From positions 64,379,767 through 64,443,766 of the forward strand of contig NC_133617.1 in NCBI RefSeq assembly GCF_048593235.1: a DNA stretch of 64,000 nucleotides, in the 5' to 3' direction. Positions 26,161 to 38,602 of this stretch are shown in pieces. Source of the DNA: Sminthopsis crassicaudata (lineage: Eukaryota). Position 1 is the stretch's first letter. Every line of letters begins with the position of its first letter. Both the position numbers and the translations under genes were made by a program. The notes below the pieces were generated by a model, which ran no database searches, had not been told where the DNA came from, and saw only the letters and a list, made by a program, of their open reading frames with translations.

Positions 26161-29100
26161 TTTCCTCTCAGTTCTCCTTTCCTCTGAATTGAGGCTTTGA
26201 CTTCGAGAAGCGAAAGAGGCCTAAGGAAGGAGATACACTAATCAATCATTTAAGCATCTGGTATACAGTAGGAGCTTAATAAATGCTTGTTCCCTCCCCT
26301 CAATCTGCAAGCATTTAAGTGCCTACGGTTGGGAGGTTGGAAGTGTCTGATGGCAGATTTGAACTCAGGTCCTCCAGGCTCCAGGTCCAGCTTGCTCTGT
26401 CTACTTCACTGCCTAGTGTCAAAGCCACTCAGGACTGTATGGGTTGACAAACACTGTAGGACATATCGAATAGTCAGAATTTGAAGTGGCTCTGGAGATC
26501 ATACCGTTCACCTTGCAGAAAAAGTTGTTGAAGTTGCCCCATAACAAGGAGGTGATGTAGATGGAGCACCAGACCTAGAGGCAGGAAATCCTGAGTTCCT
26601 GGACCAGTCACTTAAGCCTTGGTTTGCCTCAATTTTTTTTAGCTGTAAAGTGGGGATAATAACATCGACCTCCAAGACTTATTATGAAAATCAACGGAAA
26701 TAATCATTGTATAGATCTCAGTGCATCACTGCACTGCTGCATAAATGCTTGCTATCATTATCATCCACCTTATGCTTGCCGAGTGAAGGTGGGGGGAGAG
26801 TAACTAACCTTTTCTAAATTTGGCCGCACTTCTAAATCACTATTGATTAGAGAAAAACAAATTAAGATAACTCTGAAATAGCACTACTCACCTCTCAGAT
26901 TAGCTGACAGGAAAAGATAATGATGAATGTTGGAGGGGATGTGGGAAAACTAAAATACTGATACATTGTTGGTGGAGTTGTGAATAGATCCAGCCATTCT
27001 AGAGAGCAATTTGTAACTATGCCCAAGGAGTTATCAAACTGTGCATGAAGAGGGGACCCCGAAACTCTAAAAATCCTTGAAGGAGAAAATCTCCTTCAAC
27101 TCTGCCTCAATGAGGGACCCCACCCAAAGGACAAACAGTTTCTTGTTATCTAGGTGGGATCCTTTCAATCCTGAAACTCTTTGGATTCTATTCAAATCTC
27201 AGCCCAAGCTGATGAGCCAACTTGGGCTGTTCCAGACCTCACTAAGACACTCAGTATAAAAGAGCCAAATTAAAGTTTTCTCTTTGCAGAGGTTCTAAAC
27301 GTGCCAGCTATGCCATGCTTGGGATGCCAAGGAGCTTCTGTCCACTGATATATTCTTTTCCACTGCCATCCTCTCTTTATCCTCACTTATTTCCCTAACC
27401 AGACTTTATGCCTCTCTGTCGGGATTTCTTACCTTACTCCCCAATCCCTAAATTAAACTTATTTTATCAATCTAGGTTTTGGGGTTTGTAAATTCCTTTA
27501 CATAGAATATCTGTGCTGCCAGAAGGGAGTCCCCAAAACTCCCTACCCTTGCGCCAAAGGGGGTGAGCCAAACCTCTCCATTTGGTTCCCTGAACCCCGA
27601 ACCTTCCACTAAACCTTATCATTTAACTCCCTGACCACCAGAAACCCTAATCTCATTTTGGCTCTCTAAATCTAAGCCTTATCATGCATACCCTTTGATC
27701 CAGCAGTGTTTCTACTGGGCATATATATATATATAGGAGGAAAAGGGACCCACGTGTGCAAAAATGTTTGTGGCAGCCCTTTTTGTAGTGGCCAGAAACT
27801 GGAAACTGAATGCATATGAGAATGGCTGAATATGGTATATGAATAGTATGAAATACTTTTGTTCTGTAAGAAATGACCAGCGGGATGATTTTAGAGAAGC
27901 CTGGAGAGACTTACATGAACTGATGCTGAGTGAAATGAGCAAAACCAGGAGATCACTATACACGGCAACAACAAGATTATAAAATAATTCTGATGGACGT
28001 GGCTCTTTCCAATAATGAGATGATTGAGGCCAGTTCCAATGATCTTGTGATGAAGAGAGCCATCTGCACCCAGAGAGAGATTGTAGGAACTGACTGTGGA
28101 TCACAACATAGCATTTTCACTTCTTTTATTGTTTGATTGCATTATGTTTTCTTTCTCATTTTTTTCCTTTTTGATCTGACTTTTCTTGTGCAGATAAGAT
28201 AATTGTATAAATATGTTTGGATTTCATATGTTTAACATATTGGCTTATTTGCCATGTAGGGGAGGGAAAGAGGGGAAGAAAGGAAATTTAGAACACAGGG
28301 TCAGTGTTAAAAAATTATCAATGTATGTTTTGAAAATAAAAGGCTTTAATAAAAAAAAAAATTAAACTTTGCAGCACTTAGCACAGTGTCTGACCCATAG
28401 TAAGTACTTAATAAATGCTTCTTAACTTCTGTAACTTCTGTCCTGGGATATTCTGGCATAGTGCTGAGTTGAGCTATCATTCTCTTCACAGGGGTAAAAG
28501 GAGGCAAAGGCAAAGGGTTACCCGCAGAGGCCCTGAAGGACCCAGATGTGTGTAAGGACCCAGTAATGCTCACTACTCACGCCATGGGGGTCAACATCTA
28601 CAAAGAGGGTCCTGAAGTGGCCCTGAAGCCAGACTCAGAGTATCCCGACTGGTGAGTCAAGAGAGAGCCCCATAAAAACCTCAGAGAAATGCCTGTTACT
28701 TACTTGGTACCTGAAAGCTGGAAAAATCACTCATAGTTGGATGTTGTTTCCCAACCTCAGCCTTCTGTCTTCTACTTCTGCACAGATTCAGCTCCCACTT
28801 CAGTCCTGCAGTGTACCCTCTTACCTCTTAGTACGAGCTTAATAAATGTTTATTGAATTTAAAAAGAACTTTTTGTTTCCTTCAAGACTCATTTCCAATC
28901 CGGTTCCAAAAGGAAAGGCATTGTGTAACAAGTAGCTCCTGAGCTGAGCCTTGAAGGAAGCTGGGGAATTGTAAAAAGTGGAGATGAGTAAATTGTAGGC
29001 TTACTGGGTAAATAGCCTTTATAGAGGCCAAGAGAGGGGAAGTGGAAGACTGGGAACATGGAGAAGCCAGTTTGGCTAGAATATTGAGTGAGTGAAGGTG

Positions 29101-29966
29101 ATGGGTGGAGTTCCCGTGGCAGTCAGAGAGTTGTAGAAATCCCCTTCATGAACCTGAAGAGTTTTAAGTAGCAAAAATGGAAGTTTATTGTTGGATGAGA
29201 AGTCAGCTTTACTAGAAAAACTAACTTCTTCAATGGCTAAGTCCTGTTAAGGAAATGGAGTCTGGCACTGAGAAGAGAATGTCTTCTCAACGGACAGGAG
29301 TGCTGGCAGGCAGCTAGGTTGGGGAAGGTGTTTGGGGGTGTTTTATTTATCTTTGTATTCCTAGCACTTGCAAAAGCAGAGTTCTTTGCAAATAGTAGGT
29401 ACTTAATGGTGATTTGTTGATTTGGATTAAAGATCTCCTATAGCAGGTGGGACTTGAATAGGAGCTCAAAGGATTTGGATAGGGGATAAGAGCAGGCTTT
29501 GTCCTGGGATGGATAGAGAATTTTGATTAAGGAGGTTGGCTGGGTTGGGGTAGTGTAGAGCATTGACTTGTGGAAGACCTCAAATACTTGACTTGGTTTT
29601 TATCCTATAACACAAAGATTAACAAATGAAAGTCCTGGGGCCAAATATAGCTCTTGCTTATTTTTTGTAATGCTGCAAGTTAAGATTTGTTTTTTCCATT
29701 TTTTAGATAAAGCTTTATTTTATTTTAAATGTAAAAAATCATTCTTAGATGGGGATTTGTCTTCTCTTTGCTGTAGACTATGGGGAGCCATGGAGTATTA
29801 TTGGTCAGGTAGTGATTCCCTTTTTTTCCTCAGGCTTTTTGAAATGAACCTGGGGCCTCCCAAGACACTGGAGGAGCTGGATCCTGAAAGCCAGGAATAC
29901 TGGCGACTCCTGCGCAAACAGAACATCTGGAGGCACAACAAGTTACACAAGAACAAGAAACTGTGA
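25802..29966 (+). CDS. MRPL54: Mitochondrial ribosomal protein mL54, 136 aa, 3 exons
   Basis: Exons 25802-25919 (ATG in GCTATGG context, ends YAKKP G|GTGAGT), 28492-28651 ([33 protein letters not shown]), 29834-29966 ([36 protein letters not shown]); 411 nt, phases consistent. Confidence 0.96.
26834..28362 (+). mobile_element. L1 3' fragment (ORF2 C-terminus + 3'UTR + A-tail) in MRPL54 intron 1, split by an LTR
   Basis: L1 ORF2 C-terminal sequence (GAATGTTGGAGGGGATGTGGGAAAACT..CAAACTGTGCATACCCTTTGATCCAGCAG) rejoins exactly across the LTR; ends AAAATAAAAGGC..A-rich tail. Confidence 0.85.
27046..27684 (+). mobile_element. ERV solo LTR (639 bp, class I-like 4-bp TSD)
   Basis: TG...CA ends; perfect TSD TGCA (27042-27045 / 27685-27688); TATAAAA 27255-27261; ATTAAA 27452-27457. 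Confidence 0.85.
29099..29315 (-). mobile_element. Partial LTR-like fragment in MRPL54 intron 2
   Basis: Starts TGATG, and carries GAAGTTTATTG like the LTR at 30601-31347; no TSD found. Confidence 0.4.
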
Positions 29967-30285
29967 CAGAGGACATCGTGGACAGCATCCCTATTCCTGT
30001 GATGGGATATCCTCTGGGAACCCCTCACTAAACAGGGCCCCTCCTCAGAACAGCACTGTGGGGAGCAAGGGAGGAGAGGGCCAGAGGCCATAGAGAAAAG
30101 GGTTTTCTCCTAAGAACTCTGTATTTTTGGGGGGGCGGGGAGAGAGCAAGAAGTGGAAGAAATAGCTCATTCCCTTATATTCTTGGACTATAAATCTTCA
30201 GGTCCCCCTCTCATTTTGCTTTCTGAGGTTCCCAGTAGTCTCTTGTGCTGAGGCTGACTGAGAGGGACCTGGGGCCAGGCAGGTG

Positions 30286-30291
30286 AATAAA
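30286..30291 (+). terminator. MRPL54: AATAAA polyadenylation signal of MRPL54
   Basis: AATAAA ~320 nt downstream of the stop codon; I saw no earlier canonical hexamer. Confidence 0.7.
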
Positions 30292-30600
30292 AACCCTCCC
30301 AATACTTTCTTTGGGAGCAGAATGACATCTTTTCATAGTATCCTCTCTTGTGACCCTTAAGTTTGGAAGTGGGGAGATCATCTACCATGGGGAGTTCATT
30401 GTTCTAGTTTATAGAGAACTCATAAGAGTAGGGGGAGAAATGGTGAAACAGCCCCCTCCCTTCTGCCTCTGCTTCTCCAAAGACCCCATTCTCTTGTTCC
30501 CCTGATGAACCAACCAACTCCAATTTCCCTGGAGTCACTTGTACTTAAGGGCCCTTTGACTCATGGGGATGTGATGTTTTCCTGGGGAAATATGTGGTTG

Positions 30601-31347
30601 TGATGAAGTTCAGTGCCCTTCAGTTCCCGGTCAGGGAACCAAAAATGAGGTTCGAGGCAGGGCAGAGAGTTATGAGAACCCCTTCTGGTCAGCATAGGTC
30701 CTTTGTAAATGAATTTGCAAACCAGAAAAGTTAGATTGCAAAAGAAGTTTATTGACACTGGAAAGCTTTTGTAGGCTTAGTGGCAAAGTCCCAACAGAGA
30801 AGTAAAAGTCTAGCAGAGAAATCCTGATAGAGAGGTAAAGAGGGATATAGTCCTGTTAGGGAAATGTGTGAGAGAGACAAAGAAAGATTAACACTGAATC
30901 TCTTCTCAGTGGGCAGAGAGTCCCTCGTAGGCAGCTATGCCAAGGGAGGGCCCTTGACCTGGCATGATTCCTGCTTTGGACCTCTGCAAGGAATTGAGCC
31001 CACTTGCCTCTTTTTAGCTAACCAAAGTTTTAGAAACTTTGGCTAGAGACTGAGGCAGTTTGAGTTGAAATCAAACAGAGATCTTCAGGAATTTAATGGA
31101 AAGTTTCCATTTGAATGAGTGTCCTTGGACTGGTCTCCAACTCAATAAAGGTTGAAATATAGATCTCCATCTTGGGCTAAGTAGTAGTGGTCCTGGACTC
31201 AACTAAGTCCCACCAAGATTAACAGAATGAAAGCACTTTATCTTGATTCCCTAGGATGGGTCTCTCATGGGAGAGCTTCTTCAAGGGTTCAAGGAGGTTC
31301 TCAAGCATTCTCCCCCAGTCGAGAGAGTTTCGGGGTTCCCCTCGGCA
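30601..31347 (-). mobile_element. ERV solo LTR (747 bp), related to the 27046 LTR, opposite orientation
   Basis: Minus-strand start TGCCGAGGGGAACCCCGAAACTCT resembles TGAAGAGGGGACCCCGAAACTCT; TG..CA ends; TSD GTTG/TTTG (3/4); minus AATAAA at 30748-30753. Confidence 0.75.
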
Positions 31348-33554
31348 TTTGGGTTTAATAATGCTGAAACTTAGCTGGCATGTTGTGAGGTTTAAACCTT
31401 TCAAAGACCTAATGCCTTATTGCAGTTAGTCTTCCTAATAGTGCTATTTGATTAGCAGAACAGGGATTCGTAAAGGGCTGAAACTCTTAAAAGGTATGCT
31501 TGAATCAGACAATGGAGCACTTAAGGCTAATTATCTATTGGACAATAACTCTATTAGCATATGTTTGGAAAAATAGCCCTTCTCTCTATTCTGTGCTGGC
31601 TCAATCTTTTGGTGTATACAGATAATCCTAGGAAAGATTAGAGGGTAGAGTAAGAAGCCAGACACACTTTGCTGGAGGATGAGGAAAAGGAAGATTGGTG
31701 GAGAGCTTTTTTTGTCCATCTCCTTTACTTCTCCCGCTAAAGACCAAGGACTTTTTCTTATCCTGACTTTGGCTGACCCTGAGGCATCCAGGGAGCTAGC
31801 CCAGACAGGCATTATTATTCCTATTTTACAAAAAGGGGGGGAAATCCAATAATTTATTGTGCTGCTACTTATCTCCACATGCGGCATTTCCTAGGATGCG
31901 ATTGTGCTATCTTACAAGTTTTCTGGGCCCCATTGGACCCCAGAACTGAGGGGTCTCTCTCTGAAGTCCCTCAGCCTCTCTCCCTTGTCCAGGAAGTGGA
32001 GTCCAAGGAAAGTCCTTCACCTGAACCAGTGCCATTAAGGGAAAATGGTGTCTTTACTGCCCTGCTTTCCATTCTTCCACCCTTCCACCTAGGCTAGGTG
32101 GATGGAAGTGAAAAGGTTGATGACATGAAAGATGACAGGGTTGATAAAGGGACCAGTATTCCCAAGGCCCTGCTGCTTTGCCGAGATCAAGGCTGTTAGG
32201 GGTACATTCAAATTCATGGGCTTTGTGCCTAAGGAAAGTCCGTGAGAGGGGTCATTTGGAATAGAAAAACTAGCTACTTCGAGCCTTATTGTCCCTTCAA
32301 AGAAGTAAGTACAAGCTTGTCCCTTTTCCTGCCCAAGTCTCAGCAATACAACTTTTCCAGCTGGCACCAAGTTCTTGCTTTTGTTTTCCCTAGCACTCAG
32401 TCAATCAATTAGCATTTATTTATCAAGTGCTTACTAACTAGTAGACACAGTGATAAGTGCTGAGGGTTTTTGTTTTTTGGGTTTTTTTTAAGTAAAAATA
32501 TAGTTCCTGCTCTCAAGGAACTCACATTCAAATGGGGGAGATCACATGCAACTAGCTATGTAGTATAGTATATGTAGGATATAAATTTGCATATACTCAG
32601 GTAATCTTGGAAGATACCATTGGAGGGGAGAAAAGACTTCTTATGGAGGGCAAGATTTGAGCAGAGTCTTGAAAATCATCAAAATGAAAAGACCTTAGCA
32701 TAGTGCCTGGCCCATAATAAGCACTTATTAAATGCTTCTTGACAGACTGCATATCATTAGAGAAATTGAAATATCAACCCCTCCCAACCTTTTCCTATTT
32801 TCTAGACCCCTCCCCTCCTCCCCCCTCCCCCCCCATTAATCAAACAAGTATTAAGCTGGTCATCATCCCTGATAGTTATCATGATTTCTGAAGGGTGGTA
32901 GTTTTCAAACTTAGGAAAGATTCATAACCATTAGGTAGATAGCTTTTCTTCCCTCACTCCTTTGGACTTTCTCTGTAAAAGACTAGTATCTTAAGTTTCA
33001 TTAAGTGAAGCATTGTGTCCAACTCACAGGAGATGATAATCATACTGTATGGGTCAGACCCCATCTGGAGTAGTCATGTGTTAAAATCTGGACACCACAT
33101 TTTAGGAAGGATAATGATAAACAGTTTTGATCAGCATGGTAAGAGAACTCATGACCATACCAATTGAAAGCTGGTTGAAAGTACTAGGGATTGTTTAGCC
33201 TAATTGCAGGAAGATTTGGTGAGACATAATCACTGTCTTCAAGTATTTGGAGGACTTGGATTTAGAATTATTTCTGTTTTGCTTTGCTTCAAAGAGCAGA
33301 GACAGGAATCATTGGTGAAAATTGCAAAGAAGCAGATAAAGACTTTTTAAGGAAAAATTTCATGCTAATTATAAGCATCAAAAAAAGTGAGCTGACCTGT
33401 GACATGTAGCAAATTTTCCCCATTGATGGAAAATTTCAAGCAGGGGCTTTATGCCTCATTAAGTTTTGTGGAAGACAAATTGGACTGTACTCTGAAGTTT
33501 AGGCACAGGCTTGCCAGAAACAAATTTATTAATTTATTCTTATTATAATGTAAG

Positions 33555-34516
33555 TGTTTTTTTCTGCTTAGTTATTCAGTCCTATCCAATTTTCTAACCC
33601 CATAGGCTATAACTTGTAGCCCAAAAACCACAGTTCCATATTGCTACTAGAAAATCCATAGCTTTGACTATATGGACTCTTATGGGCAAGCTGATTATGT
33701 CTCTTCTTTTTAGTATGCTTCCCAGATCTGCCATAGCTTTCCTTCCAAGGAGCAGGTGTCTTTTAATTTTATGGCTGTTATCTCTCTCTGAAGTGATCTT
33801 TGAGCTCAAAAATATAAAATCTGCCACTGTTTTCCGTTTCTTCTTCCTTGCCAGGAACTAATGGGACCAGTTGCCAAGATCTTAGGATTTTTTTTATATT
33901 AGCTTCAAGCCAGCTTTTTTTCCCTTGCATATTTTAGATTGTTGATATTTCTTCTGGCAACCTTAATTCTGGTTTTTGATTCATTCACCCTGACATAATG
34001 TTTTTTTTTTTGTTTTGTTTTGTTTTTGTATAAAAGTTAAATAAGATGACAATATACATCCTTGTTGGATTCTTTTCCAATCTTAAAACCAGTAGGGTTT
34101 TCATGTTTGTTTCTAATTGTTGCCTCTTAGCCCAAATAAAGGTTGCTTAGAGACAAGATGATCTGGTATTACCATCTCTTTGAAGACTTGCCACATTTTG
34201 TCAGGATCCTTACAAAGGGTTTGATGTAGTGACACAGAAGTAGGTGTTTTTGTGGAACTCTCTTGCTTTCTCCACAGTCATTGAATACTGACAATTTGGT
34301 CTTTCGTTCTTCTGCCTCTTTGAAAACCAGCCTTCTCTTCTGGTAATCTTTACTTCACATATTGCTGAAACCTTAAGAGTAACTTTGCTGGTGAATTGTT
34401 TAATAATTTGAACATTCTTTAGATTTAGGACACAAGCTGATCAGTTTTGGCCTCTTTGGTATCAGTAGCTGAAGTATAGATTTATAATCCTGTGTAATCC
34501 TGATATAGATATATAG

Positions 34517-34552
<36 letters not shown>

Positions 34553-35110
34553 TGGTATATAGATGTGTAATTCTGATGTTGAATAGTTTCCCTTAGATTC
34601 AAGTAGAGATTATTTCTAAAAACTGCTTTTTTTTCACCTTTTTATTCACCTATTTTATTTTATTTCATTTCTTCTAAGGGATTCCTGCCCACAGTGGTAT
34701 ATAATAGTGATCACCTGAATGAAATTTGCCCATTCCCATCTGTTTAAGTTCATTGACATCCAAGATACTGATGTTTAATCTTTCCATCTTTTATTTGACC
34801 ACATCCAGCTAGCTTTAGTTCACTTACTTTCTAAGTCCCTGTGCAAGATTGATCTTTATAGCATCAGACTTTCCTTTTATCACTACATGGATCCAAAGCT
34901 GAGCTTTCTTTTGGCTTTGACCCAGCCACTTCATTCTTTCTGGAGCTATTTGTAGTTGTTTCTCCACTCTTGCCCAGTAACAAATTGGACACTTTCCAAA
35001 TCAAGGGGCTCATTTCCCAGTGTCATCTGCTTTATCATTTTAATATTGCCTGTGGGATTTTCTTGGCAAATTCACTGGAGTAGTTTGCCATTTCTTTTGC
35101 TTAGAGAAAT
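33555..35110 (-). mobile_element. Fragmented RTE/BovB-like LINE (pieces ~33555-33860, 34150-34500, 34670-35110)
   Basis: Minus ORF 33594-33827 ADFIFLSSKITSERDNSHKIKRHLLLGRKAMADLGSILKRRDI matches BovB ORF SDFIFLGSKITADGDCSHEIKRRLLLGRK (recalled); Bov-A-like end ..CTGGAGTAGTTTGCCATTTC. Confidence 0.85.
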
Positions 35111-35729
35111 GTCTGGATTGGCATGTATCTCCTATGTCCACTGATAATACAAATTATTTTAAAGTTCCACTTTATAAGATTTTTCATTTTTATTGAGTTT
35201 TTTAATTTAAAAATTTTTAACAAAAATCCAATTTCTTTCAAGTTTGCCCTTGAAAAAATGAAAAGTAAAACCTTTTAACAAATATGCATAATCAGGCAAA
35301 ACATATTCCTGTATTGCCCATGTTTAGAAAATAAATGTCTCACTCTTCACCTTAAATCAGATTCCTTAATCAGGAGGTAGGCAAATCAGGAGGAGACATG
35401 ATTAAACATGGATCCTCTGGAATCCTGGTTGGTCATTGTATTAATCAGATATCTTAAGTCTTTTAAAGTTGTTTTGTCTTCATAATGTTGTACAAATTTT
35501 TCTCCTGCTGTTCACTTCATGCTACATCATTTCATACAAATCTCTGAAACTATTCTTCTATTCATCATTTCTTATGGCCCTAAAGTATTTCATTACATTC
35601 ACATATAATTTCATTCCCCAATTGATAGGTACCTCTTAGTTTACAGTTCTTTGCCACCACCAAAAAAAAACAAAACTGATATATATTTTTTCATAAATAC
35701 AGGTCATTTTCCTCTTTCTTTGAGGTGTT

Positions 35730-37035
35730 TATGGTTGACTTTCCCAGGAGCCCTCTTTGGCTTTGTTGACTATCACTAGGGACCAGAGTGATTCATACTC
35801 AATGCCATTTACCAGTTTTTGCAAAGGGACAACATATTCTCTCCTACTCATCTCAATCTCTGGGAGAGTAGCATCAAAACTTAGCATACTTCCTACATAG
35901 CATCATACCAAATACATTCCAAATTTGGTGCACAGCTGGATGAGCCTGCATGGCAGCTACCTCTGGGTTAGGGTTTCAAAAGTTATCTCTTGCTACTCTA
36001 AGGATTTATGGTGCATTAGCTGAGAAACCCAGTGTGGATTCTGGCTCCTTAATTACTGTGACTTGATCTCCCAACCTTTTTAAAAACTTCCAAGGTAGAT
36101 AGGGATTCTCATCATACCCCATGAATCACCTAATTAAGAGTGAAGGGAGCTAAAGCTGAATGGTGATTTTGAATGCTTTGTGACCATTCAAAGAGATTCC
36201 TCTGCAACATTCAGTTGCCTGCCCTTGGACTCCAAACCGTCTCTCCCAAGGTGTAAGTTTGCCTTACAACTCATCAAAGTGACTCCTTGACATCCATCCA
36301 AAGCCCTGCACGAGAATCAGACCATCCTTACAGTTAACATGAGGGGAAGTAGAACCACAGAGTTGCCTTAACAAATATTCCTTTAATTAGTGAATGTATG
36401 TATTTCAGTCACAATTGAGCAAGGATATAGAATTTATATAATAGTTTGCTTTTGATAACACTATTAGACTTCTTGAGCCAGTTGATTAGCAACCATTTCT
36501 TAAGCACACTTACTGTGTTATGCTAATAGCTGGATATAGTAAGAAAGCTAAAAGGCAGTTACTACTCTCATGGAACTCATGGCTCTTAGTTTTATCAGTC
36601 AAGAAAGCTCTTTTCCCTTGTCTTGTCACTGCCCTAGTTACTTCAGGAAAGGGTCCTTTCTGAACTGTTGCACCAAGCATGACTATAAATTGAGTAGAAC
36701 TGTTGAGGGTCAAAATATAAAAAGCTTTCTCACTGTTAACCTCTGCCTTGAACTCCAACTCTGTCCAGATAGGGAAGGGTAGGATCCCTGCTGTTTCCAA
36801 CAGTGGATGAGTGCAAAGACTGGGGGATACACTCTGTGCTCAGTAAAGGATTTAGGATCTGCAACAACCAAGGGTAGCTTCCTGAAAATAAGCAATGTGG
36901 TAACATAAAGCAAGCCAAGTTCTTTCCACCTCATTGACTTCATTGTCCCCAACATCATCCCAGAAGAGGATGGCAAAAGCTTTTCTCCTAATTAGTCAGT
37001 AAGTATGTAATTGGGGCCAACTCAGATCCTTCAGC
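35730..37035 (-). pseudogene. Unassigned decayed coding-like relic; tentative endogenous Mononegavirales (bornavirus-like) L-gene fragment
   Basis: Not a repeat I recognise; manual translation gives colinear motifs resembling bornavirus L (see findings). Multiple stops and frameshifts. Confidence 0.3.
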
Positions 37036-38029
37036 TTGGACAGCTGGTATGGCAGCAGGAGTGATGAGGTCTGGACTGGAAGCCAGGAGGCCTAGATTCT
37101 ATATATTAATAATGTATCACTCTAAAGTTTGGGTTACTTTGAACCTAACAGCATCACTTTTTGGTGGATCCTACAAGTGTTACTATCTTGCTCATGTTCT
37201 AGATGAGGAGTAATACTCAGATTAAATGTATCATCCATAATCCTATGGTTAGAATAGGAAGTGGGATTCTGATTCCAGTCTCTGCTGACCAAATCCAGCA
37301 CATGTTCCTTTGTGCCATGTTCCTAATTGATACACATTTAGGCAAATTACCAACTTCCTTTCAGTTCCCATTCTCCAAGTGGTGGCTATATGGCACCAAG
37401 TACTTTATGCTGCCCCAACATTTTGCCAATTACCCAACTTCTCCATTTTTCTTTTTGTTGCCATTCTAGGAAGCCTGATCTTCTCATGCACCTTTAAGAC
37501 TTTTGAGATGGGAAGTTCAAGATGGAAAGGGTCTATTTTGGGGGGGACGGGGAGGGAATAAATCTGCCTCCTCCTCCTTCCTTAGTGCCTGAACATGTTC
37601 CCAGAAGTAAAATGATACCTAGCCGAGAGTCAGAAAACCTGAGTCTTGGTGCTGTCGCTAATTTAATGTCTGTTCCCTACTTGATTCTGTTTTCCCAACT
37701 GTAAATCAATGAAGATGATGGGGAGACTGGACTTTGAAATCCTTTCTAGCTTTGACAGTCTATGTTGCAAAGTCGTGTGATGTAATGGGAGCAGTACTAG
37801 AGTTCAAAGAAGAACCCCACTCCACCCCCAGTTCTCTGCTAGTTGAAGATCTGCCTAGTTTTTGCATTCTAGACCTCCTCCCCAAGGTTGTCCCAGAATC
37901 AGTCCCCTACAGAGAGCCATGGTTTTACTCTGACATACATACCCGACTTTATTGGGAAGGCAACATGAACACAGGGTGCCCCCATTCTCCACCCATTCAG
38001 AAAGAAGAGATGGAGAGGAACCAATGAAT

Positions 38030-38325
38030 GGTTGTTATTTCCAGCACTCCCACTAATGCATCCCCCATGAACCAGGGACAGTCTGCTGAAGGTGACTCTC
38101 AATCAGCTGTGGGCCAATTGTTAAATTTTCAGTGTGTATATATGTACTTCATTAATGGGCAAACCCTAAAAATAAGGGCTTGATTTATTATTTTGTTGAC
38201 TATCTAGCCATAGGAAAATAATGGAGAAAATGTAAATGATTAAGATCAAATTTGAAAGGATTCAATGCATATTTTTTTCTTTTTCTTTAGAGAGTTTGGT
38301 TATTAAACATTTACCAGCACACCCC
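38030..38325 (-). mobile_element. hAT-Tip100 (Arthur-like) non-autonomous DNA transposon relic
   Basis: Terminus GGTGTGCTGGTAAATGTTTAATAACC on the minus strand resembles the Arthur-type TIR as recalled. Confidence 0.5.
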
Positions 38326-38602
38326 ATGGGATAAATCCTTCTTCTTAGATTCTGGCCTTACTACTTTTTAGCTGTGTCACTTTTACCAAATTGCATGAGC
38401 ATTTTGGTTCTCAGTTGATCCATCTTTGACATGACCAACACCCTTCTCAACAGTTGTACACAGGGCCTGGCCCCTGTTGGACATCCCTGATGGTCTCCCA
38501 AGTAGGTTGGGGCAGGAGGGGAGAGCACAGCAGAGAGGATCCTGAAAGAGCCCATCTGTCCTTGGTGAAATGTAAGGCAAGGAAGGACAGCAGGGACTGT
38601 CC

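Noticed and set aside
36700-36910. Resemblance to filovirus NP (LCxHxAY; KAEVNSEKA)
   Set aside because: The two matches are ~45 aa apart here but ~190 aa apart in recalled Ebola NP, so they are not colinear.
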